This document shows positions 8,801 to 17,888 of a stretch of 64,000 bases of DNA, piece after piece; the first letter of the stretch is position 1; each line of letters begins with the position of its first letter. The notes below the pieces were generated by a model, which saw only the letters and a program-made list of their open reading frames with translations, was not told where the DNA came from and ran no database searches. The DNA comes from a virus (lineage: Duplodnaviria; Heunggongvirae; Uroviricota; Caudoviricetes): the IMG/VR virus record IMGVR_UViG_3300033120_000816; one strand, written 5' to 3'. The position numbers and the translations under genes are program-made.

Positions 8801-9313
8801 ATGCAGCAAACTAAATTTCAATCCAGCGTAGGCACTGTAAAAATACACAGCGCAACCATGCTCAGAACTTCAGGCTATGGGCAATACTCCATACAAATAG
8901 ATGCAGAATACAGAGGTAAACGAAAGCTCATTAAAGAACACTCTACAGGAGCACACCTATTTGACTATCTACAAAGTATGGATAATGAAGAGTATAGAGT
9001 AGCACACCTATTAGGCACTTACATAGCAGAGAAAATGATAGAGGATTGGGTAGCAGAAATACCAGATGTGGACGAGGAAACAGTATCAGATGAAATACTA
9101 CAGTATTTTACGAATGAAATATATGGAGTTGACCGATTTATTGCAAATACCGGCATTGACAGCGAAAAAAGAGAACAGGTATTGGCAATAATGCGAGATG
9201 CAGACAAAAAATGGAGAAACGCAGACCGCAACGCACAAGGAGAAACACCAGAACAAAGTAAAGCAATAGACGACCTAATTGAAGAAACAGCAAAAAAGTT
9301 AGCAGCACTGTAA
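8801..9313 (+). CDS. hypothetical early protein (170 aa)
   Basis: ORF in the array. Confidence 0.55.
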   Translation: MQQTKFQSSVGTVKIHSATMLRTSGYGQYSIQIDAEYRGKRKLIKEHSTGAHLFDYLQSMDNEEYRVAHLLGTYIAEKMIEDWVAEIPDVDEETVSDEILQYFTNEIYGVDRFIANTGIDSEKREQVLAIMRDADKKWRNADRNAQGETPEQSKAIDDLIEETAKKLAAL

Positions 9314-9344
9314 AATCATTTTTTAACCAAAACACACATATTTT

Positions 9345-9794
9345 ATGACACTAGAACAGATAGTATCAACCCACCCATGCCCGATTATTAGGGCTAAGAT
9401 TATGTATAATGTAGACAAAAACAAACAGTACAACAACATATCCGAAGTTATAGGTGGCGGCTTTCAATGGTATTTTACAAAAGAAGGTTCTGATTTTTGG
9501 GACGCCGTTTACATGGGCCATACAGCCACATATAACGACCTAAAACACCTAGATAATAACTACGTAGCCGAACCAGCAAAGCCGCACGTAATGTGGCGTA
9601 AAATTGATAAGGATAATTTGCCAAGTGGTAATATATTAATTAAAGATAAATCAAGTAATATACACTTAGGGGTGTTGTCTGTTGGAGAAAGTGGTGTTAC
9701 TGTGATAGATGCTGGGAACTACTACTATACTTGCGATACCACAGAGTACTACATACCACTATCAGAACTCATCAACCTGCCTATTGAGGCGTAA
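9345..9794 (+). CDS. hypothetical early protein (149 aa)
   Basis: ORF in the array. Confidence 0.55.
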   Translation: MTLEQIVSTHPCPIIRAKIMYNVDKNKQYNNISEVIGGGFQWYFTKEGSDFWDAVYMGHTATYNDLKHLDNNYVAEPAKPHVMWRKIDKDNLPSGNILIKDKSSNIHLGVLSVGESGVTVIDAGNYYYTCDTTEYYIPLSELINLPIEA

Positions 9795-9807
9795 CCACTC
9801 CCGAACA

Positions 9808-10203
9808 ATGAAACGCAAACGCATATTACCACAACTATACTGGAAGCCCTGCATAGCTAAATTTGGTACGGTTATAGCCTACTTCACAGACGCAGACAGA
9901 GAGAAGGCTCATGCCGAACTAACAGCACGAGGTATCCGAAACGAAAAAATAGGTTTCACTAACCTTATTGGAGTGCCAGCAGGAGTGTATAGGAATAACA
10001 ACTTACACCTACTAACAGAAGGAGTAAGATCCGCATGGACCAACCTACACTATGTTAGAGATAGATGCCCACCACGAATAGATAAGACCCTGCCAGATTA
10101 CCAAGAGAGATTGTCCTGGTGTTTTGCCCCAGCAGGTCCGGAAGCGCCGATAGTCAAGTACGCAAACAAAAGGTTTCCTGAATACCCTAATCCGATTTAT
10201 TAG
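9808..10203 (+). CDS. hypothetical early protein (131 aa; MKRKRILPQLYW...)
   Basis: Internal ATG of track ORF 9709..10203, chosen to avoid overlap with 9345..9794. Confidence 0.45.
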   Translation: MKRKRILPQLYWKPCIAKFGTVIAYFTDADREKAHAELTARGIRNEKIGFTNLIGVPAGVYRNNNLHLLTEGVRSAWTNLHYVRDRCPPRIDKTLPDYQERLSWCFAPAGPEAPIVKYANKRFPEYPNPIY

Positions 10204-10214
10204 TATCTTTACAT
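10201..10214 (+). promoter_or_regulatory. Fourth copy of the -7-like box TAGTATCTTTACAT (short form, without the long upstream element)
   Basis: Same TATCTTTACA core as at 229-238, 1354-1363 and 6289-6298. Sits 20 nt upstream of the ATG at 10234. Confidence 0.35.
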
Positions 10215-10233
10215 AAAACAATAGAACACAGTT

Positions 10234-10503
10234 ATGAGCACACCATCCAATTACACAAGCATGCCTATTTTCTCAGTTCTGCAAAAATCAGAAGCAGAAA
10301 TAGTTGCAAGAAACATAATGATAATCCTCAAAAGAACTGGGAACGTTTGGCGCAATTTATCATGGGATGAATACAGAGAAGAACGAATTAAAGACGGCCA
10401 GTTTACCATGGATGAAGAGACATACTATAGCATGGTAATAGGTCACTGCCAATCTCCCGAAACCGCCAATTTGTTTTGCAAAAACTGGCACAAAAAGTAC
10501 TAA
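10234..10503 (+). CDS. hypothetical early protein (89 aa)
   Basis: ORF in the array. Confidence 0.5.
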   Translation: MSTPSNYTSMPIFSVLQKSEAEIVARNIMIILKRTGNVWRNLSWDEYREERIKDGQFTMDEETYYSMVIGHCQSPETANLFCKNWHKKY

Positions 10504-10538
10504 TCTATAATCCTTAAACATCACACATACCATTTTTT

Positions 10539-10838
10539 ATGTCCACAGAACAAACCAACACAGCAACTACAGTAGAAGTACTACAGTCTATCCCTGATAA
10601 CGCAGAACTGGTTACAGTATCGGAATATGTTAGACGCAAGCACGCAGCAGACCTGATAATTGACCCTACATGCTCGCCTATCTCGAAATCTACTATTAAC
10701 AAAAAGATAGCGCAGGGGTATATACAAGTTGTTGAAGCTAACGGGAACAAATTCATTGACTGGAATGTTTACAAGAACCTCCCATTTCGTAGGTACTTTC
10801 AAATGCCTATAAAAAGAGAGAAAAACCCCACTGTTTAG
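10539..10838 (+). CDS. hypothetical early protein (99 aa)
   Basis: ORF in the array. Confidence 0.5.
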   Translation: MSTEQTNTATTVEVLQSIPDNAELVTVSEYVRRKHAADLIIDPTCSPISKSTINKKIAQGYIQVVEANGNKFIDWNVYKNLPFRRYFQMPIKREKNPTV

Positions 10839-10840
10839 CT

Positions 10841-10999
10841 ATGACAAACAAACGAATAGCCAGAAGAGAGCTGCATGTGTCATTCCATGGACATATGCTA
10901 TCCATTACAGCTCAAAAACAACATGGAGGACTGATTGGCAGGGTAGCAAGTATATTGGGTGGAATTGCCCGTAAATTTAAAAAAGCAATAGCAGTATGA
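10841..10999 (+). CDS. possible small basic protein (52 aa, MTNKRIARRELHVSFHGHMLSITAQKQHGGLIGRVASILGGIARKFKKAIAV), below the ORF-track cutoff
   Basis: ATG at 10841 sits 3 nt after the previous stop. Its TGA overlaps the next ATG (ATGA at 10996-10999), which suggests translational coupling. Confidence 0.3.
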   Translation: MTNKRIARRELHVSFHGHMLSITAQKQHGGLIGRVASILGGIARKFKKAIAV

Positions 11000-11196
11000 A
11001 TAATTCACATTCACTCTCAGATAATGGTACGCCACTTTTACTTACTCCTGAGTTTAAAAAAGATATGATAGCCCACTACAAGAGTAGATTAGATACTGTT
11101 GTTGCTCTTGGAAGAAAGTATAGTGATGAGTACTTCTTTACTCGTAATCAAATAAGAATGTGGGAGAAAACTTTTGGAGGTCAGGTAATGAAGTAG
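10996..11196 (+). CDS. hypothetical early protein (66 aa); last gene of the plus-strand block
   Basis: ORF in the array. Confidence 0.45.
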   Translation: MNNSHSLSDNGTPLLLTPEFKKDMIAHYKSRLDTVVALGRKYSDEYFFTRNQIRMWEKTFGGQVMK

Positions 11197-11202
11197 ATTA
11201 AA

Positions 11203-11242
11203 CTGGCATTGCGACGCTCCGTTCAGAGGTTAGGGCAATGAT
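11203..11242. repeat. 40-nt repeat copy A (CTGGCATTGCGACGCTCCGTTCAGAGGTTAGGGCAATGAT). Copy B is at 58983-59022.
   Basis: 34/40 identical to 58983-59022. The first 21 nt are identical. CATTGC/GCAATG forms an internal inverted repeat. Both copies are intergenic. Confidence 0.6.
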
Positions 11243-11264
11243 TGTTCTTTCCCTTTAAAACAAC

Positions 11265-11295
11265 AAGCCCACCATACGGTTAATATGGTGGGCTT
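11265..11295. terminator. Bidirectional intrinsic terminator between the convergent early (+) and late (-) blocks
   Basis: AAGCCCACCATA cggttaa TATGGTGGGCTT is a perfect 12-bp stem. It is followed by aatttatgtt on the plus strand and preceded by an A-rich tract, which serves the minus strand. Confidence 0.55.
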
Positions 11296-11321
11296 AATTT
11301 ATGTTATCTTATCTTGTGTCT

Positions 11322-11681
11322 CTACCCCTCTACTACTTCTAGTTTGCCGCTTTTCAAATGCTCAATAACTTCTACTACTATTCTCTTCTCCTCTGCACTC
11401 ATTGGGGCAACCATTTCGTAGATCTGAGCCATATCCACCTGGTCCTCTGCATAATGCTTTGCCCAGACATCTCTTAGCTCCTTGGGTGCTACAGCTATAA
11501 ACCCATTGATGGCATCGTCTATTTTTTCGAAGCCCTCATTTAGGTTGTATTTCAAGTGGCCTGTAAGTACTTTGCTGTTGTAGATTACCGGAGTCATTTG
11601 TTTGGCTGCTTTTATTAGCGCCATAATGGTACATAGATACTGGGCTTCTCCAGTGTCTTTGATGGTTACTTTCCCCTGCAT
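11322..11681 (-). CDS. hypothetical protein (119 aa)
   Basis: First ORF of the minus-strand block. Confidence 0.5.
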   Translation of the reverse strand: MQGKVTIKDTGEAQYLCTIMALIKAAKQMTPVIYNSKVLTGHLKYNLNEGFEKIDDAINGFIAVAPKELRDVWAKHYAEDQVDMAQIYEMVAPMSAEEKRIVVEVIEHLKSGKLEVVEG

Positions 11682-11700
11682 TGTTGTGTGAATTTTGTTG

Positions 11701-11886
11701 TTATATCTTTATCTTGCCTGCCAGATCCGCTTCCATGATTGTTCTTACCCTATCAGAGAAGTTTGTCCCCTTCTTTTTTGCAAAAGCGTGGAACTTTTCG
11801 TGTAGCTCTTGTGGCATTCTCAGGTTTACCAATATACCGGTGTATACTGGCTTGTTTCTTTTCTTTTGTGTTGTTGCACTCTCCAT
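11701..11886 (-). CDS. ribbon-helix-helix (Arc/MetJ/CopG-like) DNA-binding protein, 61 aa
   Basis: 'VNLRMPQELHEKFHAFAKKKGTNFSDRVRTIMEA' fits the RHH beta-strand / helix A / G-x-S/T turn / helix B pattern. Confidence 0.5.
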   Translation of the reverse strand: MESATTQKKRNKPVYTGILVNLRMPQELHEKFHAFAKKKGTNFSDRVRTIMEADLAGKIKI

Positions 11887-11913
11887 TGTGTTATTTAGTT
11901 TGGTCAGGTAGTT

Positions 11914-12279
11914 CTATATTTTTATTTGTTTCCCTTTTATGTAGTTTAATTGCTCGTCTATTGAATCTGCTTTAAATTCACTAATTATATACCTAGAGTG
12001 AACTTCCCTAAGAACACTTAAAACATCTTCGTCTTGTGTTAAATCTTGGAGAGCGTGCACTGTAGCTTCGGTTAATTCTCCACTATTTTCTTTTTTAAGT
12101 TTTTGTATCTCTTTTGGTAATACCCTAAAAATAGAGATAATAGCATCAATTAAACCAACAACACAACCTTCCTGTGTTCTACAATCCGTTTTATCAATAT
12201 TTTTATCATTTTTACCCATTTCTAAATTTTTGTTATTGCGTATATGCTTTTTATTTCTAGTAATCATCTTCGTCGTCAA
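11914..12279 (-). CDS. hypothetical protein (121 aa)
   Basis: ORF in the minus block. Confidence 0.5.
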   Translation of the reverse strand: MTTKMITRNKKHIRNNKNLEMGKNDKNIDKTDCRTQEGCVVGLIDAIISIFRVLPKEIQKLKKENSGELTEATVHALQDLTQDEDVLSVLREVHSRYIISEFKADSIDEQLNYIKGKQIKI

Positions 12280-12691
12280 AGGATATGCCTATGTCCGATG
12301 TTATTGGTTCGTCGTCTCTTATTTTTTCGTCCCCTAAGAACTTTTTGTACTCCGCTTTAACAAAGTCGTCCATCTCCAGTTTCCTTGCCTCGTATTTTTG
12401 TAGCAGGTCGGCTTTGTTGGCTTCTAGTTTTTCGTAGTTCTCGTATCTAGTATAACAGCCTGTAATCCAGTTCATATTCGTCTTGAAATACGCCCTGTTT
12501 TCTTCTGTATCCCAGTCTGGGTATCTACGTCTTAATTCTGACCAGTAATCCTCAGCTATCTTATCTACTAATGCGCAGTTTGTAACTATATCCTCTCGCA
12601 TTTTTTTATCCCTCTCTAGTACTACGTAATACAGGTTAACATAATACTGTATCATGTGGTTTATTGTGGGATGTAATGGTTTTTTAGCCAT
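12257..12691 (-). CDS. hypothetical protein (144 aa, acidic C-terminus)
   Basis: ORF in the minus block. Confidence 0.5.
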   Translation of the reverse strand: MAKKPLHPTINHMIQYYVNLYYVVLERDKKMREDIVTNCALVDKIAEDYWSELRRRYPDWDTEENRAYFKTNMNWITGCYTRYENYEKLEANKADLLQKYEARKLEMDDFVKAEYKKFLGDEKIRDDEPITSDIGISFDDEDDY

Positions 12692-12751
12692 TGACTGCTT
12701 GTAAAATTTAGGTAAAGATACTTCGGTTCGGTTTATTTACAAAATATTTTA

Positions 12752-13396
12752 TTAACCCCATTGTTCTGCCATTGCTTTGGCGATGCCGGGAAATGTTTTG
12801 CTTCTGATTCTTCTGTTTTTTTGATTCCCACCTACGGTGCTGGTATCAGCAAACCACTTCGGCATTACGCAACCTGACTTCGCAACAAACATTTCACCTT
12901 TACCTACGTGTGTTTTTTTTGCAAATAAATCGTCCTGTTTGAAATGCTGTAACTGTGGTAAGCCATGTAGCCATAAGCAGGTGGTTTTCTGAAATTCATC
13001 ACCGAAATAGTAAGGTTGTATTATTTGTGGTTTGGGTAGTCTTGGATTACCATTCATTGCACCCATTGGGTTTTCCATGTACACTTTATCGCATACCGAT
13101 ATTGCTAACTCCCACAATGCAATAGTCCACTCTACGGCTTCTAGCCTCTTGTAATTCTTTTCTTTACCCGCTCCGTATGTTCTGTTACCGGATAGTGTCA
13201 TTGCAGTACATACCGGGTGAAGTCCTATAAAATCCCACTTCCTTGAATTTATGGCATTAATCACATCGCCTTTAATATGCCATTCAGGGTGTCCGCCTGA
13301 ACAATCTTGCAAGTCACAGCTATACGCCTCGTGACCTTGCGCTCGCATTGCCATACATACGGTTTGGCTCTCCTCGCATCCAATTAATACTTTCAT
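12752..13396 (-). CDS. C5-cytosine-methyltransferase-like core protein (214 aa) with PC and ENV-type motifs but no FxGxG motif and no target-recognition domain
   Basis: 'GLHPVCTAMTLSGNRTYGAGKEKNYKRLEAVEW' parallels C5-MTase motif IV (PCQxFSxAGxRxG...). 'KVYMENPMGA' parallels motif VI (ENV). 'FPGIAKAMAEQW' parallels motif X. The N-terminal 'MKVLIGCEESQ' replaces the FxGxGG loop. Confidence 0.5.
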   Translation of the reverse strand: MKVLIGCEESQTVCMAMRAQGHEAYSCDLQDCSGGHPEWHIKGDVINAINSRKWDFIGLHPVCTAMTLSGNRTYGAGKEKNYKRLEAVEWTIALWELAISVCDKVYMENPMGAMNGNPRLPKPQIIQPYYFGDEFQKTTCLWLHGLPQLQHFKQDDLFAKKTHVGKGEMFVAKSGCVMPKWFADTSTVGGNQKNRRIRSKTFPGIAKAMAEQWG

Positions 13397-13419
13397 TTGT
13401 TGTGTGTTGTGTGTTTTAT

Positions 13420-15780
13420 TTACCTCAGTATCCCAGCAGCAGTCCTTATGTTGGTGTCCCCTAGTCTTGTCTTTCTGTCCTCCATGGTCTTTCTATATCC
13501 TAGTACGTAGTTTATTGCCAACAACCCCTCCATGTAGGCTACTGCAGCATCGTATTCGGTGGTGTCTTCTGCTTTGATTTGTGATAGCTGAGAGAGAACT
13601 GTAATGCTATCTAACTGGTCTATGTTGTCTACCTCTCCCTCCATGTTTGGGGCGGCCAAATGCGTCTTGGCTACGTCGAAGCATAGGTCTATGTTCTGGT
13701 TGTTCTTCTGTAGTGAGAAGTAATTTTGCTTGCCGTACTTCTGCCAGGGGACCAGCGCTTTTGTATCTGGGTCTACCATCAGCAAAAAATGACCTAGCCC
13801 TATTTCTATTAGCTTCTCGGACCATGTGGGCACGTTTGCCTCTAGTAACATAGGGCAATTGAGCAGCAGTATGATTTGTATAATCTCCTGTAGCGTATCC
13901 TTGGGGTTGTCTTCCCTGAATAGATACTCCATGAATAACCGCCTATTACTACATCTAGTACCCACCAGTGAGTCTAACTCAGAGTTGGGTAACACAAAGG
14001 CCATAATAGCGTTTAGTGACTTCGTATGAGTGTATTTCTTGCTCCTGTAGTTAGAAGGGTCCATGGATAGCAGGAACGGACTGTTGGGGTCGGGCATGAG
14101 TAATCCCGTCTTAGGGTGCACAAACCTTTTATTGACAAACTTATCCATGAACTGTGCAGGCAACCACTCGGGTCGGTACATTTTCCACTTACCTCCGGGC
14201 TTCTGAGCTCTTATGTCGGCATCGGTGGTGACATCCATCATTATCCTGCCTGGGAAGTCGTACTCTGTGCCTATATCCCTTTTCTTTGGGGCTTTCTCGT
14301 AGCGTAGTGAGAATTGCCTGTAGTTCCTTACGCCTATTGAGTATTCCTCCTTTATTTCGTTAATGCGTCTTGATATTCTCTCCAAGTCAAAGATGCTATC
14401 CTCAATAGCTCCCTCGTTCCATGGGTCTGCCTCACTCGTGGGGTACTGGCGCTTAGCAGTTTGGATAGCCGCAGTGGGGTTTTCTTTCTTTGCCGCCTTC
14501 TCTAGGTCAGAGTTGTATATCTTCCACACCATATCTTCAATGGGCTTCCCATACATATCACAGCCGCCAAATATACCCTCTTGAATTGTAAGAGTGTGGG
14601 CTATCAACCCAGATGCAGTCTGCCCATCTCGCTTGCCGGTATTCGGGTCTATTGGGATTGTCTTCAGCTTGCTATTATAGTATATCTCCTTTGACTGCCT
14701 GAATGATTTGTCTGTTTTCTCAGGGGAGTATGATAGCATAAGTATTGTCCCCTTACGACGTATAAAACCCTCCATTACGGTGGGCAATGTGGCCTCTAGC
14801 AATTCTTGTGGGTATGTACTCTCCTTTATTTTTGGGAACTCGTCAATAAGTGCCAGATAGTTAGTCATAGAGTCAAAAGAAGTCCTGCCCGTCGGGACGG
14901 TACATAGCCAGCTATTCAGGTACTCAACATCTACTTTGCGTTTCTTTTTGCTCAGTGGAGATCTGCTACTATTTGGCGGACCGAATTTTATCTCTCCCTC
15001 ATTCTCTTTGGCTCTGGATGGCAACATGATATCCGGCATCTTGCTTACCGCATACTTTATATAACCAAAGTTAGAGTCCTTTGCCAAGGCTTCTGTTATT
15101 GACATTATACGCACGTTAACCTGAGCTCGTGTGCTGGCTTCGTTGAGCGCTATCAAACTAAAAAACTGGGTGGCGCCAGTTTTCTTAGGTTTCATGAACA
15201 CACCACCTACTCCGTACTTTGTGCTTTTGGCTATCTCGTAGAAGTAGCCCATATCCCTCTGGAATTGGTAGTACTGCCCGTATTGGCTGCCTATCTCCAC
15301 GTCATTCGTAACACCAAGCATTGCCCCCCATTGCAGGGTAAAATAATGATGTCCAGTTATGTATGTTGGCTCTCCGTTGTTAAAGAACCAAACACCCTCT
15401 GCTCTTCTCCTAAATTCCCTTAGCTGTAAGCCTTCTGTTTCTCCGTCTTTTGGATTACCAAACAAGAGTATACTATCCTGCTTACTTAATGCAGTCAGCA
15501 ACCCAGCGTCATTGTATCTTGTGTACTCTGCGTCAAGCTCTACTCCGTCTCCTTCGCGATGCCACTCAAAAAATATCTTAGGAAAGTCTGTTTGCCTTCT
15601 CCAATACTGGTCTTTTGTAGGTAGGTCATGGAATAGAAACTCTTTTTTAGCTGGCATAGGTGGGGTAACAAAGGTATGCTCCCCCACTTGTATGCTCAGT
15701 GTCTTCCCTTGCTCGTATTCGTGTCGTACTTCTGCCATGCTATTTTTTAAGAATTTGCAACAGGGCTTTGTGTAATACAC
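13420..15780 (-). CDS. large terminase subunit-like protein (786 aa) - tentative
   Basis: Largest non-virion-type late ORF. It has a P-loop-like segment 'VFMKPKKTGATQFFSLI'. Placement and size fit TerL of crAss-like phages. The motif is non-canonical, so confidence is moderate. Confidence 0.4.
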   Translation of the reverse strand: MYYTKPCCKFLKNSMAEVRHEYEQGKTLSIQVGEHTFVTPPMPAKKEFLFHDLPTKDQYWRRQTDFPKIFFEWHREGDGVELDAEYTRYNDAGLLTALSKQDSILLFGNPKDGETEGLQLREFRRRAEGVWFFNNGEPTYITGHHYFTLQWGAMLGVTNDVEIGSQYGQYYQFQRDMGYFYEIAKSTKYGVGGVFMKPKKTGATQFFSLIALNEASTRAQVNVRIMSITEALAKDSNFGYIKYAVSKMPDIMLPSRAKENEGEIKFGPPNSSRSPLSKKKRKVDVEYLNSWLCTVPTGRTSFDSMTNYLALIDEFPKIKESTYPQELLEATLPTVMEGFIRRKGTILMLSYSPEKTDKSFRQSKEIYYNSKLKTIPIDPNTGKRDGQTASGLIAHTLTIQEGIFGGCDMYGKPIEDMVWKIYNSDLEKAAKKENPTAAIQTAKRQYPTSEADPWNEGAIEDSIFDLERISRRINEIKEEYSIGVRNYRQFSLRYEKAPKKRDIGTEYDFPGRIMMDVTTDADIRAQKPGGKWKMYRPEWLPAQFMDKFVNKRFVHPKTGLLMPDPNSPFLLSMDPSNYRSKKYTHTKSLNAIMAFVLPNSELDSLVGTRCSNRRLFMEYLFREDNPKDTLQEIIQIILLLNCPMLLEANVPTWSEKLIEIGLGHFLLMVDPDTKALVPWQKYGKQNYFSLQKNNQNIDLCFDVAKTHLAAPNMEGEVDNIDQLDSITVLSQLSQIKAEDTTEYDAAVAYMEGLLAINYVLGYRKTMEDRKTRLGDTNIRTAAGILR

Positions 15781-15930
15781 CCCCTGACATTATACAGAAA
15801 AAGAAAATAGCCATGTCGCTTATTTTTAATCTACATGCTTTTTGAATGTACTCTAAAGTTGGATACAATCCCAGCACAAAGAAAACAGAAAACATGTACG
15901 CCTTATCCTTATTCTGCATAATGTGTAAAG

Positions 15931-16599
15931 TTACTTGTATTTATTTACTATTGAACAAACAAGAGCATAAGCCTCGTTCATTTTTATGGAGTTGGCGAGC
16001 GCCCTGTCAGAGTCTAAAAACTTTGGATAGCGAACATGTGTCTGAATTAACTCAAACTTTACGGCATTATCTATCTCCGCAGAACCAGACATTTCCTGTG
16101 CGCTCATGTTGTAGTGCCCTTCTATTGCTCCGCCCTCCATGGCTTTTACAAAGTAGGTGGTTGGTATATTTTGAACATGCTCTAACATGAATGAGTAAAA
16201 ATGTGCACTCCTTTCGTTTAGATTACCCAGCGCACTTTCATTCTTGGAAACAAAACTAGAGAATAACCCTCTTGCAGCATCTTGACAAACAAATGTCGCC
16301 CCTTGAATTGAGTTCAACATTATGTTAAGTTGCTCGTAGATTTCACTCTCAGATTTCGGATGCCCGTAATACGCAGGGTCTATTGGTCTAAGTCTATAAT
16401 CTGGGTCGTCCTTTATTTTTGCTCCTTTGAATGAAGCTGTGTATATGGCATCTGCGTCTATAACGCCGCCAACAGAGGAAATTGCAGCAAGAGAGCATGG
16501 TCGCTGCTCAGTTACTCCTTTGCGGTTCTTAAAACCGAATATGTTCCTTTTGATGTGAGCGTAGGAGTCAAGGCTCAGGAAAATGTATTTTTTATTCAT
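15931..16599 (-). CDS. hypothetical protein (222 aa)
   Basis: ORF. Confidence 0.55.
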   Translation of the reverse strand: MNKKYIFLSLDSYAHIKRNIFGFKNRKGVTEQRPCSLAAISSVGGVIDADAIYTASFKGAKIKDDPDYRLRPIDPAYYGHPKSESEIYEQLNIMLNSIQGATFVCQDAARGLFSSFVSKNESALGNLNERSAHFYSFMLEHVQNIPTTYFVKAMEGGAIEGHYNMSAQEMSGSAEIDNAVKFELIQTHVRYPKFLDSDRALANSIKMNEAYALVCSIVNKYK

Positions 16600-16925
16600 T
16601 ATTGTTTTATTTTTTTGAGAATTTCCAACATTGGGTTTGCAATGTGAAGCAAGTTGTTTGACTTAAAGTATTTCGCAGCAACCCTCAATGAGTGTACCAT
16701 GTCTGGAACAGTTTCAGGGTCTACACCTATTGCGTAGGTGTTGTTGATAGCTGTCATAGCTGCTGTTGCTATCTCTCGTTCTTTACCTTGGTTGCTGAGT
16801 AGCCTAGATGTGCGCATCACCGGAGTCCCCGTAACATCTACTACCGTTGGCATAGAATCCACACTAACCTCAACTATGCGATAAGGAGTCTTAGGGATGC
16901 GATTAACTATGTGGGTGAATGTCAT
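16599..16925 (-). CDS. hypothetical protein (108 aa)
   Basis: ORF with an ATGA overlap to the upstream gene. Confidence 0.5.
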   Translation of the reverse strand: MTFTHIVNRIPKTPYRIVEVSVDSMPTVVDVTGTPVMRTSRLLSNQGKEREIATAAMTAINNTYAIGVDPETVPDMVHSLRVAAKYFKSNNLLHIANPMLEILKKIKQ

Positions 16926-16930
16926 GCGAT

Positions 16931-17293
16931 TTATTCGTTTTTACTAATCCAATCTTCTAATTTTTTTTTCAATTCTTCGTCTGTCATTACATGCACACCT
17001 TCGCTTGAGTTAATATCCTTAACCACATAATCAACCAATAAGGATATAAATATAGCCACCGATATTAACGCCCTGCTATCAAAACTCCATTTTACAGGGT
17101 TAAACTCCATTAATGAAAAAGCCCACAGAGAGTACATTAACACCAGTATCCCCAGCTTTGATTTCGTCGACTTTGATATGCCGAATTTTTTTACAGGTGG
17201 CTTTGCTAGTTGGTTGGTTGTATGCTTCCCAAGCACTTTATCTATAGATAGTTGCGCCAGCTCCTCGTCGGTTAAATGAGATTTGTCTGTCAT
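16931..17293 (-). CDS. membrane protein (120 aa, two predicted TM helices)
   Basis: Hydrophobic stretches LGILVLMYSLWAFSLMEF and ALISVAIFISLLVDYVV. Confidence 0.5.
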   Translation of the reverse strand: MTDKSHLTDEELAQLSIDKVLGKHTTNQLAKPPVKKFGISKSTKSKLGILVLMYSLWAFSLMEFNPVKWSFDSRALISVAIFISLLVDYVVKDINSSEGVHVMTDEELKKKLEDWISKNE

Positions 17294-17676
17294 AATAGTT
17301 TGTTTTTAGTTTTCTTTGGTTGTTTTTTATAACTGCCTATATGTATGCCAGTGTTGGGTTTCTTGACCCTCCTCATGAAGTAGGTGTCATCTTGAATGGG
17401 TTCTGTGATTGTTATTTCTCTCCTCACAAACTTAACACCTCTGTCTTGCTCAACAATTTCAGACAACAGCTTTTTACCCTCTTCCATTTTTATAACCTTA
17501 TGGTCGCCAGGATTTTGTATCGCCCCAGACTTAGTATTAAAATCGTGTAAGTCATTAACACACACGCCAGCTAACAATAAATCGGTCAGTATTCTGCTTC
17601 TATAACTCATGTTATTTTTTCTTTGTGCCGAACTTGCGGTTATAAATCTTGATGGCATCCTTTCTACTGCCAGCAA
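17290..17676 (-). CDS. hypothetical protein (128 aa)
   Basis: ORF with a 4-nt overlap to the downstream gene. Confidence 0.5.
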   Translation of the reverse strand: MLAVERMPSRFITASSAQRKNNMSYRSRILTDLLLAGVCVNDLHDFNTKSGAIQNPGDHKVIKMEEGKKLLSEIVEQDRGVKFVRREITITEPIQDDTYFMRRVKKPNTGIHIGSYKKQPKKTKNKLL

Positions 17677-17875
17677 TTATTTTCTCTCCTTTAACGAAGA
17701 ATGTCTGCATTTTCTTTTCGGGCTCAATAAATACCCCCTTTGAGTGCTGCCCGTCTCCCATTTGATTACCTGCACTCCACCTGTTAACACCCCATCTTCT
17801 CGCGGGGTTGCTAGAAGCCATTAGCGCGGCAACTGTGGTTATCATACTTAGGTTTGACCTTATTGATGGTCCCAT
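17612..17875 (-). CDS. hypothetical protein (87 aa)
   Basis: ORF that overlaps 17290..17676 by 65 nt. The start may be later. Confidence 0.35.
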   Translation of the reverse strand: MGPSIRSNLSMITTVAALMASSNPARRWGVNRWSAGNQMGDGQHSKGVFIEPEKKMQTFFVKGEKIIAGSRKDAIKIYNRKFGTKKK

Positions 17876-17888
17876 AGTTTTGTGTGTT

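Noticed and set aside
13607-14584. Alternative-frame ORFs inside the terminase-like gene (13607..13858 minus, 13647..13853 plus, 14116..14307 plus and others)
   Set aside because: They are fully nested in a 786-aa ORF. Their Arg/Ser-rich translations are typical of out-of-frame reading.
15766-15777. Early-promoter upstream element GTATTACACAAAG occurring at the terminase-like start codon (encodes M-Y-Y-T-K)
   Set aside because: No -33/-7 boxes follow it at the conserved 52-55-nt spacing, so it is probably coincidental or a remnant. It is mentioned under the promoter finding only.
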